DNA of 64,000 nt, taken from assembly GCA_047606285.1 (NCBI GenBank), contig JASGEP010000020.1, positions 30,891 through 94,890 on the forward strand. The letters are read 5' to 3'. Numbering within the stretch: position 1 is the stretch's first letter; each line of letters starts with the position of its first letter. Positions 55,463 to 64,000 of this stretch are shown in pieces. The notes beneath the pieces were generated by a model. The model did not search any database. It was not told the origin of the DNA and saw nothing but the letters and a program-made list of their open reading frames with translations. The DNA is from Luteolibacter sp. (GTDB lineage: Bacteria > Verrucomicrobiota > Verrucomicrobiia > Verrucomicrobiales > Akkermansiaceae). The translations under genes were made by a program, and so were the position numbers.

Positions 55463-56596
55463 TCAGCGCTCGTCGATCGGGGGGACGGGGCTGAGCGTTT
55501 GAGGGCCGGTGTAAAGGGTCAACGGGCGATAAAGGCGGTTGTCGCGAAGCTGCTCGAGCACCTGGGCGGTCCAACCGGAAGTGCGGGCGATGGCGAAAAT
55601 CGGCGTGAAGAGGTCCGTCGGGATGCCCAGCGAGTAATACACCGTGGCGGAGTAGAAATCGACGTTGGCTTCGAGTTTTTTCCGCTCCCGCATGATTTCG
55701 GCGATGCGTTCGCACATGCGGATCCACTTGGGCTCGCCGAGTTCGTCGGTGAGCTGGGTGGCGAGGGTGCGGAGGTGAGGGGCGCGTGGATCGAGCACCT
55801 TGTAGATGCGGTGGCCGATGCCCATGATTTTTTCTTTCCGCTGGAGCTTGCCTTCCACGTAGGCGTCGACGTTTTCCGGCTCGCCGATTTCCTGAAGCAT
55901 GTGGATGACGCCTTCGTTCGCTCCGCCGTGGAGTGGTCCCTTGAGCGTGCCAATGGCGGAGGTGACCGCGGAATACATGTCGGAGAGGGTCGCGACGGTG
56001 ACGCGGGCGGAGAAGGTGGAGGCGTTCATGCCGTGGTCCGCATGGAGAATGAGCGCCACATCCAGGATTTTCGCGGCTTTTTCCGACGGGACTTCACCGT
56101 TGATGAGATAGAGGAAATGCTCGGCTTCATTGAGATCTTCCCGGGGTGCGGGAAGGTCGAGTCCTTGGCGGAAACGGTGGAAGGCGGCGACGATGACGGG
56201 GATTTTCGCGATGATGGAAAGCCCGATTTCCTCGTCCACTTCCTGATCCTGGTTTTCTCCGATGACGGCGCGTTTGTCGTAAAGGCCGAGCATGGAAACT
56301 CCGGTCCGGACGATGTCCATGGGATTGGCGTCTTTCGGCGCGTTTTTCAGGAAAGCGATGACGCCGTCGGGCAGGTTGCGATCGGTGCGGATGCGGGTGG
56401 AAAATTCCGCCAGTTGCGCGCGGTTCGGCAGGTGTCCCTTGTGCAGAAGGAAAACGATCTCTTCGTAGCAGCAATGCTTCACCAAATCGTCGATGTGATA
56501 ACCGAGATAGCTCAACTCACCGATGTCGCCTCTGACGTTGCTGAGGGAAGATTCGTTGGCGATGACCCCTTCGAGGCCGCGTGCGTATTCAGTCAT
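55463..56596 (-). CDS. gltA: Citrate synthase (short type)
   Basis: RGLEGV, LHADHGMNAST, GPLHGGANE, MGIGHRIYK, ANVDFYSA, IFAIARTSGW. Confidence 0.93.
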   Translation of the reverse strand: MTEYARGLEGVIANESSLSNVRGDIGELSYLGYHIDDLVKHCCYEEIVFLLHKGHLPNRAQLAEFSTRIRTDRNLPDGVIAFLKNAPKDANPMDIVRTGVSMLGLYDKRAVIGENQDQEVDEEIGLSIIAKIPVIVAAFHRFRQGLDLPAPREDLNEAEHFLYLINGEVPSEKAAKILDVALILHADHGMNASTFSARVTVATLSDMYSAVTSAIGTLKGPLHGGANEGVIHMLQEIGEPENVDAYVEGKLQRKEKIMGIGHRIYKVLDPRAPHLRTLATQLTDELGEPKWIRMCERIAEIMRERKKLEANVDFYSATVYYSLGIPTDLFTPIFAIARTSGWTAQVLEQLRDNRLYRPLTLYTGPQTLSPVPPIDER

Positions 56597-56737
56597 GACA
56601 AAAGTTTGGCGTTTAAAGATTCAGTGAAGTTTCTGCAAAGAAAGCGGGTCATATGCCGGGGCGCAAGGGTGAAACTGCGACAATCCGTCCAATAATGCGA
56701 GCTGACAGTCCCGGCATGAAAGCCATAGATTCCGCCC

Positions 56738-57412
56738 ATGAGCCACCTTCCCGCGTTGATCTTCGAAACTTCCACCCCCGCCGCCTCGCTGGCGCTGGTG
56801 AGTGGAGAAGGGGAAACCGAGACAATTGGATTCACCAGCGACCGGAATCACAACGCGGTCCTGTTCCAGCCGCTGCGGGAACTCGTCGCCCGGCTTGCCG
56901 GAGAGCCGGTCCGTCTTGTCCTCGTCGGCAGCGGGCCGGGCAGCTACAGCGGCACCCGGGTGGGAATCGCTGCCGCCCAGGGAGTGGCGATCGCTCATCG
57001 GTCTCCGGCGATCGCGGTTCCCTCCATCCTCGCAGTGCCTGCGGCCGATGCGGGAGGGAAATGCATGGCCATCGGCGACGCGCGGCGGGGAAGCTACTGG
57101 ACGGCCCGGATTTCCGAACACCGCCTTCTCTCCGAACCCACCCTGACGGACCGGGACGGTCTGGAGCGGGAAATCGCCGCTGCCATGGAGGACGAGTGGA
57201 CGGTCTTTTCGTTGGAAGAAACCCGGAAATTTCCCCTGCCGCCAGAGCAGCTTGAAAAAATCGTCACCCAGCAACCGGACGCCGCCCGTCTGTGGCAGGT
57301 CTGGCAAAATACCCCATCGGAGATCCGTGAAAAATGGTCCGCGGAAATCGCCCAGCCGGTTTATCTCAAACCTCCCCACATCACCCCGGCGAAGCGTTCC
57401 TGGTTGGTGTGA
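56738..57412 (+). CDS. tsaB: tRNA threonylcarbamoyladenosine biosynthesis protein TsaB
   Basis: IFETST, GSGPGSYSGTRVGI, IGDARR, QPVYLK. Confidence 0.9.
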   Translation: MSHLPALIFETSTPAASLALVSGEGETETIGFTSDRNHNAVLFQPLRELVARLAGEPVRLVLVGSGPGSYSGTRVGIAAAQGVAIAHRSPAIAVPSILAVPAADAGGKCMAIGDARRGSYWTARISEHRLLSEPTLTDRDGLEREIAAAMEDEWTVFSLEETRKFPLPPEQLEKIVTQQPDAARLWQVWQNTPSEIREKWSAEIAQPVYLKPPHITPAKRSWLV

Positions 57413-57427
57413 TGCGGGAAAGAGGAT

Positions 57428-57488
57428 GGAGCACCGACGTTCACGTCGGCTCTTGCAGGCTGGAGCGCCGGTGTCCCCACCGGCTCTT
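57428..57488 (+). repeat. REP family A direct tandem pair (57428-57454, 57462-57488)
   Basis: GGAGCACCGACGTTCACGTCGGCTCTT and GGAGCGCCGGTGTCCCCACCGGCTCTT. Confidence 0.85.
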
Positions 57489-57622
57489 GCCCAAAAGTGC
57501 CAAAAGCTTTGATGCCTTTCCCTTCCGAGGACCTCCGTTTCTCACCGGCATCGATGCGAATCATGGAAGGCGGGGGGAAATCGGTTGAGTCGTGGGCGGA
57601 GCTTCGCCACCGTGCCGCCGTC

Positions 57623-58498
57623 ATGGCAACGGCTCAAATTCAGGAAGCGGCTCTTTCGTCGCAGGTGATTCGCATCGAAGAACAGGGGAAATTGCCCAAA
57701 CTGCGTGTGGAGACGCCATACAGCACCGCCGAAGTCTATTTCCAAGGTGCCCATGTGACCGCGTTCCAGAAAAAGGGCGAAGCGCCGTTGCTTTTCCTCA
57801 GCAAGGAAAGCCAGTTCATCCCGGGAAAAGCGATCCGTGGCGGCATCCCGCTCATTTTTCCGTGGTTCGGAAATCGCGAAGGCCATCCCGCGCACGGCGT
57901 CGCCCGCACCGCCGAGTGGAAACTGGAAGATGCCCGGATCAATGTCGACGAAACGGTCACCCTGCGTTTTTCCCTTCCTGCCGGACTTTCGCCCCTGCGG
58001 GTGGAATATGCCATCACCGTGGGCGAAACGCTGGAACTCGAATTTTCCGTGGAAAACCCGACGACTGAAATTCATCGCGTCGAAGCCTGTCTGCACACCT
58101 ACTTCAACATTGGCGACATCGCCCGGACCTCGGTCACCGGGCTGGAAGGTGTGTCATTCATCGATCAGCTCGACGGAAACCGAATCAAATCCGAATTCTC
58201 CCCGGAACTCCGCATTTCCGAGGAAATCGACCGGATCTACACCGACGTCCCTGCCTTGCTGGAAATCCACGATGAAGCCCGGCATCGGAAAATCCGGCTC
58301 GAAACCGAAAACAGCCACTCCGCCGTCGTCTGGAACCCCTGGATCTCCAAATCCCGGCGCCTCGCCGATTTCGGCGACGAAGAGTACCGGGAAATGCTCT
58401 GCGTGGAGACAGGCAACGTGGCGGGGAATGGGTGGGAGCTTGCTCCCGGAAAGAGCCTTGGAATGAAAGCTTGTTTGGAGACTCTCCCGTTTGATTGA
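57623..58498 (+). CDS. D-hexose-6-phosphate mutarotase (aldose 1-epimerase family)
   Basis: QGAHVT, AIRGGIPLIFPWFG, HGVART, LHTYF, VVWNPW, MLCVE; start uncertain. Confidence 0.9.
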   Translation: MATAQIQEAALSSQVIRIEEQGKLPKLRVETPYSTAEVYFQGAHVTAFQKKGEAPLLFLSKESQFIPGKAIRGGIPLIFPWFGNREGHPAHGVARTAEWKLEDARINVDETVTLRFSLPAGLSPLRVEYAITVGETLELEFSVENPTTEIHRVEACLHTYFNIGDIARTSVTGLEGVSFIDQLDGNRIKSEFSPELRISEEIDRIYTDVPALLEIHDEARHRKIRLETENSHSAVVWNPWISKSRRLADFGDEEYREMLCVETGNVAGNGWELAPGKSLGMKACLETLPFD

Positions 58499-58555
58499 TC
58501 TTCGTAAAATTGAATGACGCGGCGGGCCCGCGCGCGTTTTCAGGAAAAGCTCCGC

Positions 58556-58601
58556 GAATCCAGCCATCGAAGCCAAACGGACTGAAGTTCCTGCTCCAAT
58601 T
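58556..58601 (-). repeat. REP family B single arm with conserved spacer
   Basis: GAATCCAGCCATCGAAGCCAAACGGACTGAAGTTCCTGCTCCAATT, near-identical to the right half of the 45828 element. Confidence 0.8.
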
Positions 58602-58625
58602 TCGGCACTCTCTTTCGCAATGGGT

Positions 58626-59627
58626 CTAACGCTGCAGGGATAAACAAACTTCTCTCACGATTTTGGCGGAATGCGATGCCTTGGCTGAAAACTTTCCGCT
58701 AACAATAAATAGGGCGTTGAATTCACGCGAAGATTTGGGATTGGCGGTTATGGAATAAAAAAGCGCTTTGTTGAATAATTTGGCTATTTTGAGTTCTCTG
58801 TGAAATTTGGTTAGGTGCAAATAGTCGATATATTGTCTGTAAGGCCGGAGGATGCTTTTTGTTTCAGAGAGACCGGCAAGAAGGCGGTCGCGATAATCCG
58901 TGGTGAGCTTCTGGGTAGGGATTAGGTGAACGAAGGATAAATCGGGGTAATAATGCAATTGATAGCCTAAAATGAGCAGTCTTGCGCAGATCTCGGAATC
59001 TTCTCCGGATGTCAGGTTGTTGCCGAGCCTTCCGGTGAGAATGCTTGGATGTTCTTTGAATATTTCATTCCATAAGGATTTTCTCAGAGAAAGGCCGCTT
59101 CCCCATAAGAATTTTCTGGGAGCGACATTGCCGGGAGCTTTGGCCTGTTCTCCAACGGCGTAATAACCTTTGTAGGTATCCCACCATTCGGGAAAATCAC
59201 CTTCGGTTTTGGCGGTGCTACGCCCTCCGATGGCTCCGATGCTCGGATTTGAGGAAAGGATTTCGTAGGCGGATTGAATGTAATTTTCGGAAAGAAGATT
59301 GTCGTCGTCGCAAAAGACGATCACCTCGAATTGTGCGGAATCGATACCTCGCTGGCGGGCGGCTGATAATCCGGGAATGGTTTCATCCACGATTCGAAAG
59401 GGAATGGAGGGATCTCCGTGCCGTTCCCAGGAATCCGCCGCAACCGCCTTCGTTTCATCCGTGCTTGCATTGTCAACAAGAACAATTTCCCAGGGAAAGT
59501 TGTTGAGCGTCCGTTGTGCCACCAAGTGCTGGAGCGTTTCCGAAATTCTATCGATACTGTTGTAGCAACAAATGATTACGGAAACTCCGTCTGGTTGTTT
59601 GGAGTTTTCATTGTGGGTTTTGAGCAT
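58626..59627 (-). CDS. GT2 glycosyltransferase (low GC, orphan)
   Basis: VSVIICCYN, VDNASTD, ARQRG, FCDDDN, GEDSE. Confidence 0.9.
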   Translation of the reverse strand: MLKTHNENSKQPDGVSVIICCYNSIDRISETLQHLVAQRTLNNFPWEIVLVDNASTDETKAVAADSWERHGDPSIPFRIVDETIPGLSAARQRGIDSAQFEVIVFCDDDNLLSENYIQSAYEILSSNPSIGAIGGRSTAKTEGDFPEWWDTYKGYYAVGEQAKAPGNVAPRKFLWGSGLSLRKSLWNEIFKEHPSILTGRLGNNLTSGEDSEICARLLILGYQLHYYPDLSFVHLIPTQKLTTDYRDRLLAGLSETKSILRPYRQYIDYLHLTKFHRELKIAKLFNKALFYSITANPKSSREFNALFIVSGKFSAKASHSAKIVREVCLSLQR

Positions 59628-59688
59628 GGATGGAGAGAAATCAGGTCGGAGATATTTTGGATTTTGTCAAATTATATAGAGGAACTAT

Positions 59689-60429
59689 CTATCTGTCAGA
59701 TTGCTGCACGGTTTGATCGCTCTCCACGATCCTCCCTCCCTGCATCCTCACGATACGGTCCGCGACGTAGTTCACGAGATGCAGGTCGTGGGAGATGAAG
59801 ATCAGGGTGAGATCCAGTTGGCGGCGGAGGTCCATCAGCAGATTGATGATCTGGGCCTGGATGGAGACGTCGAGGGCGGAAACGGGTTCGTCGGCGATGA
59901 CGAGTTTGGGTTCGGGGGCGAGCGCGCGGGCGATGGCGATACGCTGGCGCTGGCCGCCGGAAAATTCGTGGGGATAGTGGCGGGCCATTTCCGGTGAGAG
60001 GCCGCAGGTGGTCATGAGCTGTCCGACGCGCTCCCGGAGGGCCTCTCCTTTCAGGTTCGGGTGGCGCTGTCTGACCGCTTCGGCGAGGGTGGAAAATACG
60101 GTCATGCGGGGATTCAGCGAGCTGTAGGGGTCCTGGAAAATCATCTGAAAATCCAGCCGACGTTTGCGCAGGGCGGAGCGGGAAAGGGCGGAGAGATTTT
60201 CTCCATCGAGATGGATGCTGCCGGAGGTCGCGGGAATGAGTTGCAGGATGGTGCGGGAGAAGGTGGATTTTCCGCAGCCGGATTCGCCGACGAGGCCGAG
60301 GATTTCACCTTTTTCGACTGTGAGGTTTACGCCGTTTACCGCACGGATGGTTTTGCCGCGCCGACCGAAGAGGGAGGACGGACGTTGGGTGAAATGGGTG
60401 TGAAGATCGCGGATTTCCAGATAAGCCAC
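59689..60429 (-). CDS. Peptide/nickel-type ABC transporter ATP-binding subunit
   Basis: GESGCGKST, QMIFQDPYSSLNPR, YPHEFSGGQRQR, ADEPVSALD, ISHDL. Confidence 0.92.
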   Translation of the reverse strand: MAYLEIRDLHTHFTQRPSSLFGRRGKTIRAVNGVNLTVEKGEILGLVGESGCGKSTFSRTILQLIPATSGSIHLDGENLSALSRSALRKRRLDFQMIFQDPYSSLNPRMTVFSTLAEAVRQRHPNLKGEALRERVGQLMTTCGLSPEMARHYPHEFSGGQRQRIAIARALAPEPKLVIADEPVSALDVSIQAQIINLLMDLRRQLDLTLIFISHDLHLVNYVADRIVRMQGGRIVESDQTVQQSDR

Positions 60430-60551
60430 GGTTTTCAACAAGGCAGAAAAACGCGGAATCGCACGGAAAATCGGGTTCTTTGGAAGGGTTCGGGATTTTT
60501 GAGAGACATTTTCCCGTCGATGGAGTTTATGGACAGAGAAGTTTCGCCCGC

Positions 60552-62258
60552 ATGTCCGCCTTATTGATCGATCCTGCCCGCCGCATTGGCTGCGATGACC
60601 TCCCCGCCCTTCAATCGGTTCTTCAGGAAGCGGTGCAACGCCAGCGGTCGCCGGTGGATGAGGTTCTGGACGCGGGGTTGGTGGATGAGGAACCGTATCT
60701 TCGGGAGCTTGCCGGGGACCTGGGGCTGGAGTGGCTCGATGAGATCCCGCAGGCCGAAAATTCCCTGCCGTTGCGGGAGGCCTGTGGGCCGAGGATCGCG
60801 CTGAAACACCGGCTTTTACCCATTGCCATCCTCGGCGAGGGAGAAACGGCGCGCCTCAAGCTGGCGACGTTCGATCCTTTCAATCTGGTGGCGCGTCAGG
60901 CGGCGGCGCAGGAAATTTCCCTGCCGATCGAGTGGTGCATGGTTTCCCGGAAACGCCTGCACGAGGCGTTGCGCAAGCTCTACGGCGTAGGGGCGGATAC
61001 GTTCGAGCAGATCCTTGAGGGCCGCGATCTGGATTACGATCACCTCGATGCGGGAGAGGACGAGGCGAACGTCATCGACGATGACGACGCGGAGGCCAGC
61101 GTGGTGAAATTCGTGAACCAGATCATCCGCGAGGCTCTGGAGCAGCGGGCGACGGACATTCACGTCGAGCCTCTGGCGAACAACCTGCGCATCCGCTACC
61201 GCATCGATGGCCGCTTGCTGGAAATCGCGGTGCCGGAAAATATCAAGGCGTTGCAGAGCTCGGTGATCGCCCGTCTGAAGATCATGTCCCGTCTGGACAT
61301 CGCGGAGCGCCGCGTGCCACAGGATGGCCGCATCAACCTCCAGTTCGAGGGCCAAACCATCGACGTCCGCGTCGCGACGGTGCCGACGGTCGAGGGCGAG
61401 AGCGTTTCCCTGCGTTTGCTCAACCAGCAGAAATTCAACCTCGAAAAACTCGGCATGGAGTCCTTCGTGCGAAAGAAAATCGAGGGCCTGCTGCACCTTT
61501 CCAACGGCATCATCCTCATCACCGGCCCCACCGGTTCCGGTAAATCGACCAGTCTGTATTCCTTCCTCAGCGAGGTGAATCACCCCGAGCGGCGCATCGT
61601 GACGGTGGAGGATCCGGTGGAAAACAAGCTGCCGGGCGTGATGCAGATCGCGGTGAAAACCGAGATCGGCCTCACCTTCGCCACCGCCCTGCGCTCCATC
61701 CTGCGGGCAGACCCGAACATCGTGATGATCGGGGAAATCCGGGATTTGGAAACGGCGGAAATCGCCATCCGCGCCTCGCTCACCGGCCACCTCGTGTTTT
61801 CCACGCTGCATACGAACGACGCGCTCGGCGGCATCAGCCGTCTGGTGGATATGGGAGTGGAGCCGTTCCTCGTTTCCGCCGCCGTCCGCGCATTCCTCGC
61901 GCAGCGCCTTGTGCGTCGCCTGTGTCCGCATTGCAAGACCCCGCGCGAACTCAGTGATCCGGATAAAGTCGGCCTCGGCATCCCGCTGGACATTCCAGGG
62001 CAGGTTTATTCGCCGCGCGGCTGCGACCGCTGCCGCCACACCGGATTCTCCGGACGGCTCGCCATTTACGAAGTCATCGTGCTCTCCCCGGCTTTGCAGG
62101 AGTTGGTCGCCCACGGCGCACCCGCGAACGAGATGCGGGTGCAGGCGTTGAAGGACGGTTACGTTCCCATGCGCACTTACGGCTGGCACAAGGTGATGCA
62201 GGGTGAAACAACCGTCGAGGAGGTCATTTCCGTCACTTCCATCGATCTCGGCTCCTAA
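60552..62258 (+). CDS. gspE: Type II secretion / type IV pilus assembly ATPase (GspE/PulE)
   Basis: ATDIHVEP, PQDGRI, GPTGSGKST, EDPVE, LRADP, TGHLVFSTLHTND, CPHC/CDRC zinc motifs. Confidence 0.93.
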   Translation: MSALLIDPARRIGCDDLPALQSVLQEAVQRQRSPVDEVLDAGLVDEEPYLRELAGDLGLEWLDEIPQAENSLPLREACGPRIALKHRLLPIAILGEGETARLKLATFDPFNLVARQAAAQEISLPIEWCMVSRKRLHEALRKLYGVGADTFEQILEGRDLDYDHLDAGEDEANVIDDDDAEASVVKFVNQIIREALEQRATDIHVEPLANNLRIRYRIDGRLLEIAVPENIKALQSSVIARLKIMSRLDIAERRVPQDGRINLQFEGQTIDVRVATVPTVEGESVSLRLLNQQKFNLEKLGMESFVRKKIEGLLHLSNGIILITGPTGSGKSTSLYSFLSEVNHPERRIVTVEDPVENKLPGVMQIAVKTEIGLTFATALRSILRADPNIVMIGEIRDLETAEIAIRASLTGHLVFSTLHTNDALGGISRLVDMGVEPFLVSAAVRAFLAQRLVRRLCPHCKTPRELSDPDKVGLGIPLDIPGQVYSPRGCDRCRHTGFSGRLAIYEVIVLSPALQELVAHGAPANEMRVQALKDGYVPMRTYGWHKVMQGETTVEEVISVTSIDLGS

Positions 62259-62281
62259 CCGCGTTTCAGGTATCGATCACC

Positions 62282-63556
62282 ATGGCGAATTTCTTCTACA
62301 AAGCCTTGAATTCCAGCGGATCCGTCGTCACCGGCGAGCTGGATGCGTCGGACCGCCCGGAAGCCCTGCGGGTGCTCGACAGGCGCGGCCTCCAGCCGGT
62401 GAACCTCAGCGAATCCCAAAAAGCCGCTGCCGTGAAAAACACCCGGCCGGCAAAAGGGCAGGAGTCCCGCCCACAGGCGAAAGAGCCGAAGGTGGATGAT
62501 CTTCCGTCCGGGCCGCTGAAGCTCAAACGGCAGGAAGTCATCCTGTTCACCGAGGAGCTGTCGGACATGCTCGGCGCGGGCCTTCAGCTCGAACCCGCGC
62601 TGAAGGCGATGGAAAACCGTCAGGAACTCGGAAACCTCAAGGCCGTTTCTTCTCGGCTCCGGCAGATCGTGCGCGATGGCGTGAATTTCTCGGTTGCCCT
62701 GAAAAAAGTCAGCCCTTCGTTCGGCCCGCTTTACGGTTCACTGGCCGCGGCGGGCGAAGCGTCCGGAGCGCTGGATACGATTCTCAAACGTCAGGCGCAT
62801 TACCTGAAGACGCTTCAGGAATTGAGGACCAAGCTGGTGGTAGCGATGATCTACCCGGCGTTCCTCGTGCTGGCGGGCATCGGCGTGTGCATCGTGCTCG
62901 TGACCACGCTGATTCCCCAGCTTTCACAGCTCATTGCCAGCACGCCCGGCGGCAAGCTACCGCTCGGCGCCGTGCTCCTGATGGAGGCTTCGGATTTCCT
63001 GAAAAACTACTGGATCATCCTGCTGCTGGTCGTGCTCGGCGGCATCGCGTTTTTCAAGGCGTGGAAAGACAACGAGGCGAACCGGCCGACGTGGGACGCC
63101 ATGAAATTGAAGCTCCCGCTGTTTGGGCCGGTGGTCGCCAGCCAGTTTTACGTCCAGTTTCTGGAAACGATGGCGAATCTCGTCGCCAACGGCCTGCCGT
63201 TGTTGCGCGCGTTGGAGCTTTCTCGGGATGCGACGCAGAATCTGGCGTTGAGGAATGCGATGAATCAGGTGATCGCCCAGGTCGGAGATGGTCGGTCCTT
63301 GTCCAAGGCGTTGATCCGGAACGGTTCGTTTCCCGCGTTGCTCATCGACATGGTGGCCGTCGGTGAACAGACCGGAAAAATCGACGTGGCCCTGCGGCGT
63401 GCGGCGGAGCGGTATGACAAGCAGTTCACCAAGGATCTCCAGCGCATCATGGCACTCATCACGCCGATCGTGCTCATCGTGATGGCCGGACTCGTCGGCA
63501 CCATGGCCTACATGATGGTGACCGCGATCTTCCAGACGATCGGGAATCTGAAATAG
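62282..63556 (+). CDS. gspF: Type II secretion inner-membrane platform protein (GspF/PilC)
   Basis: FFYKAL, GEASGALD, AMIYP, VAVGEQTG repeats. Confidence 0.9.
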   Translation: MANFFYKALNSSGSVVTGELDASDRPEALRVLDRRGLQPVNLSESQKAAAVKNTRPAKGQESRPQAKEPKVDDLPSGPLKLKRQEVILFTEELSDMLGAGLQLEPALKAMENRQELGNLKAVSSRLRQIVRDGVNFSVALKKVSPSFGPLYGSLAAAGEASGALDTILKRQAHYLKTLQELRTKLVVAMIYPAFLVLAGIGVCIVLVTTLIPQLSQLIASTPGGKLPLGAVLLMEASDFLKNYWIILLLVVLGGIAFFKAWKDNEANRPTWDAMKLKLPLFGPVVASQFYVQFLETMANLVANGLPLLRALELSRDATQNLALRNAMNQVIAQVGDGRSLSKALIRNGSFPALLIDMVAVGEQTGKIDVALRRAAERYDKQFTKDLQRIMALITPIVLIVMAGLVGTMAYMMVTAIFQTIGNLK

Positions 63557-63558
63557 AG

Positions 63559-63615
63559 GGAGCGCTGGCGTTCACGTCGGCTTGAAAAAAACGCCGACAA
63601 GAGCGTCGGCACTCC
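63559..63615. repeat. REP family A-like inverted doublet after gspF
   Basis: GGAGCGCTGGCGTTCACGTCGGCTT (degenerate) and a reverse-strand GGAGTGCCGACGCTCTTGTCGGCG. Confidence 0.65.
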
Positions 63616-63632
63616 TTATAGTCCCAGCATCC

Positions 63633-64000
63633 ATGGCTTCGTCTTCATCCGAATCACCCTCCGGCAGCGCTCCCTGGGAGGTAAAGAATCCATCCGGTAA
63701 AAACCTCTTCCGCCGCCTGCTGCCGTGGCTCGGCGGGGCCTTGCTGGTGCTCCTGATTCTCTGGGGCCTGTGGCCGAAGCCGGTGATCGTGGAAACCGCC
63801 GTCGTCAAGGAAGGCCCACTCACCGTGCGCGTGGCGGAAGAAGGGAAAACCCGCGTCCGGGACCGCTACGTGATCGCCACTCCGGCGGCAGGCACCATGC
63901 GGCGGGTGACGCTGAAGCCCGGCGATCCCGTTGTGGCCGGAGAAACGGTGATCGCTTCCATCGAGCCGGCGGCTTCTCCGTTGCTCGATCCCAGAGCACG
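63633..64000 (+). CDS. RND/HlyD-type efflux periplasmic adaptor, 5' part (runs off the window end)
   Basis: Manual translation: MASSSS...LLPWLGGALLVLLILWGLWPKPVIVETAVVKEGPLTVRVAEEGKTRVRDRYVI...LKPGDPV. Confidence 0.85.
   Translation, partial: MASSSSESPSGSAPWEVKNPSGKNLFRRLLPWLGGALLVLLILWGLWPKPVIVETAVVKEGPLTVRVAEEGKTRVRDRYVIATPAAGTMRRVTLKPGDPVVAGETVIASIEPAASPLLDPRA

Noticed and set aside
58500-59700. Integron cassette interpretation of the orphan GT2
   Set aside because: No convincing attC (RYYYAAC...GTTRRRY with paired L boxes) and no integrase in the window.

Overview
High-GC bacterial chromosomal window, most likely Verrucomicrobiota of the Luteolibacter/Haloferula type (inferred from a PEP-CTERM-like sorting protein, a GspE/GspF pair and the gene repertoire). 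Left to right: the 5' part of a fructose-type PTS EIIA-HPr gene, divergent from a LacI regulator with a perfect 22-bp operator; acyltransferase, MYG1, a type II TA pair and typA; a trehalose synthesis/hydrolysis pair split by a GH43 gene; a pseudokinase-FGE protein and a TPR protein; a kinase/regulator/vWA module; thiol-redox genes and mdoG; a Fur-family (Irr-like) regulator leading sufCBD; a ~24-kb LPS/surface-glycan region (about 30.9-54.6 kb); then gltA, tsaB, a mutarotase, an orphan low-GC GT2, an ABC ATPase, gspE/gspF and the start of an RND adaptor. Best candidates for undescribed biology: (1) a CMP-ulosonate glycan module with its own KdsB and HAD phosphatase, three WaaZ-like and two sialyltransferase-like transferases (one decayed) and a YrbL kinase-like gene; (2) a 1803-bp-spaced direct repeat suggesting single-crossover integration of a transferase cassette, which left a chimeric ORF; (3) an Irr-like regulator with tandem ICE-like boxes ahead of suf outside Alphaproteobacteria; (4) three REP families sharing a GGAG-NN-stem-TTCN-loop design, plus a nested repeat hub. 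No rRNA, tRNA, CRISPR array or transposase was found. All family calls come from motif recognition by eye; no database search was run.
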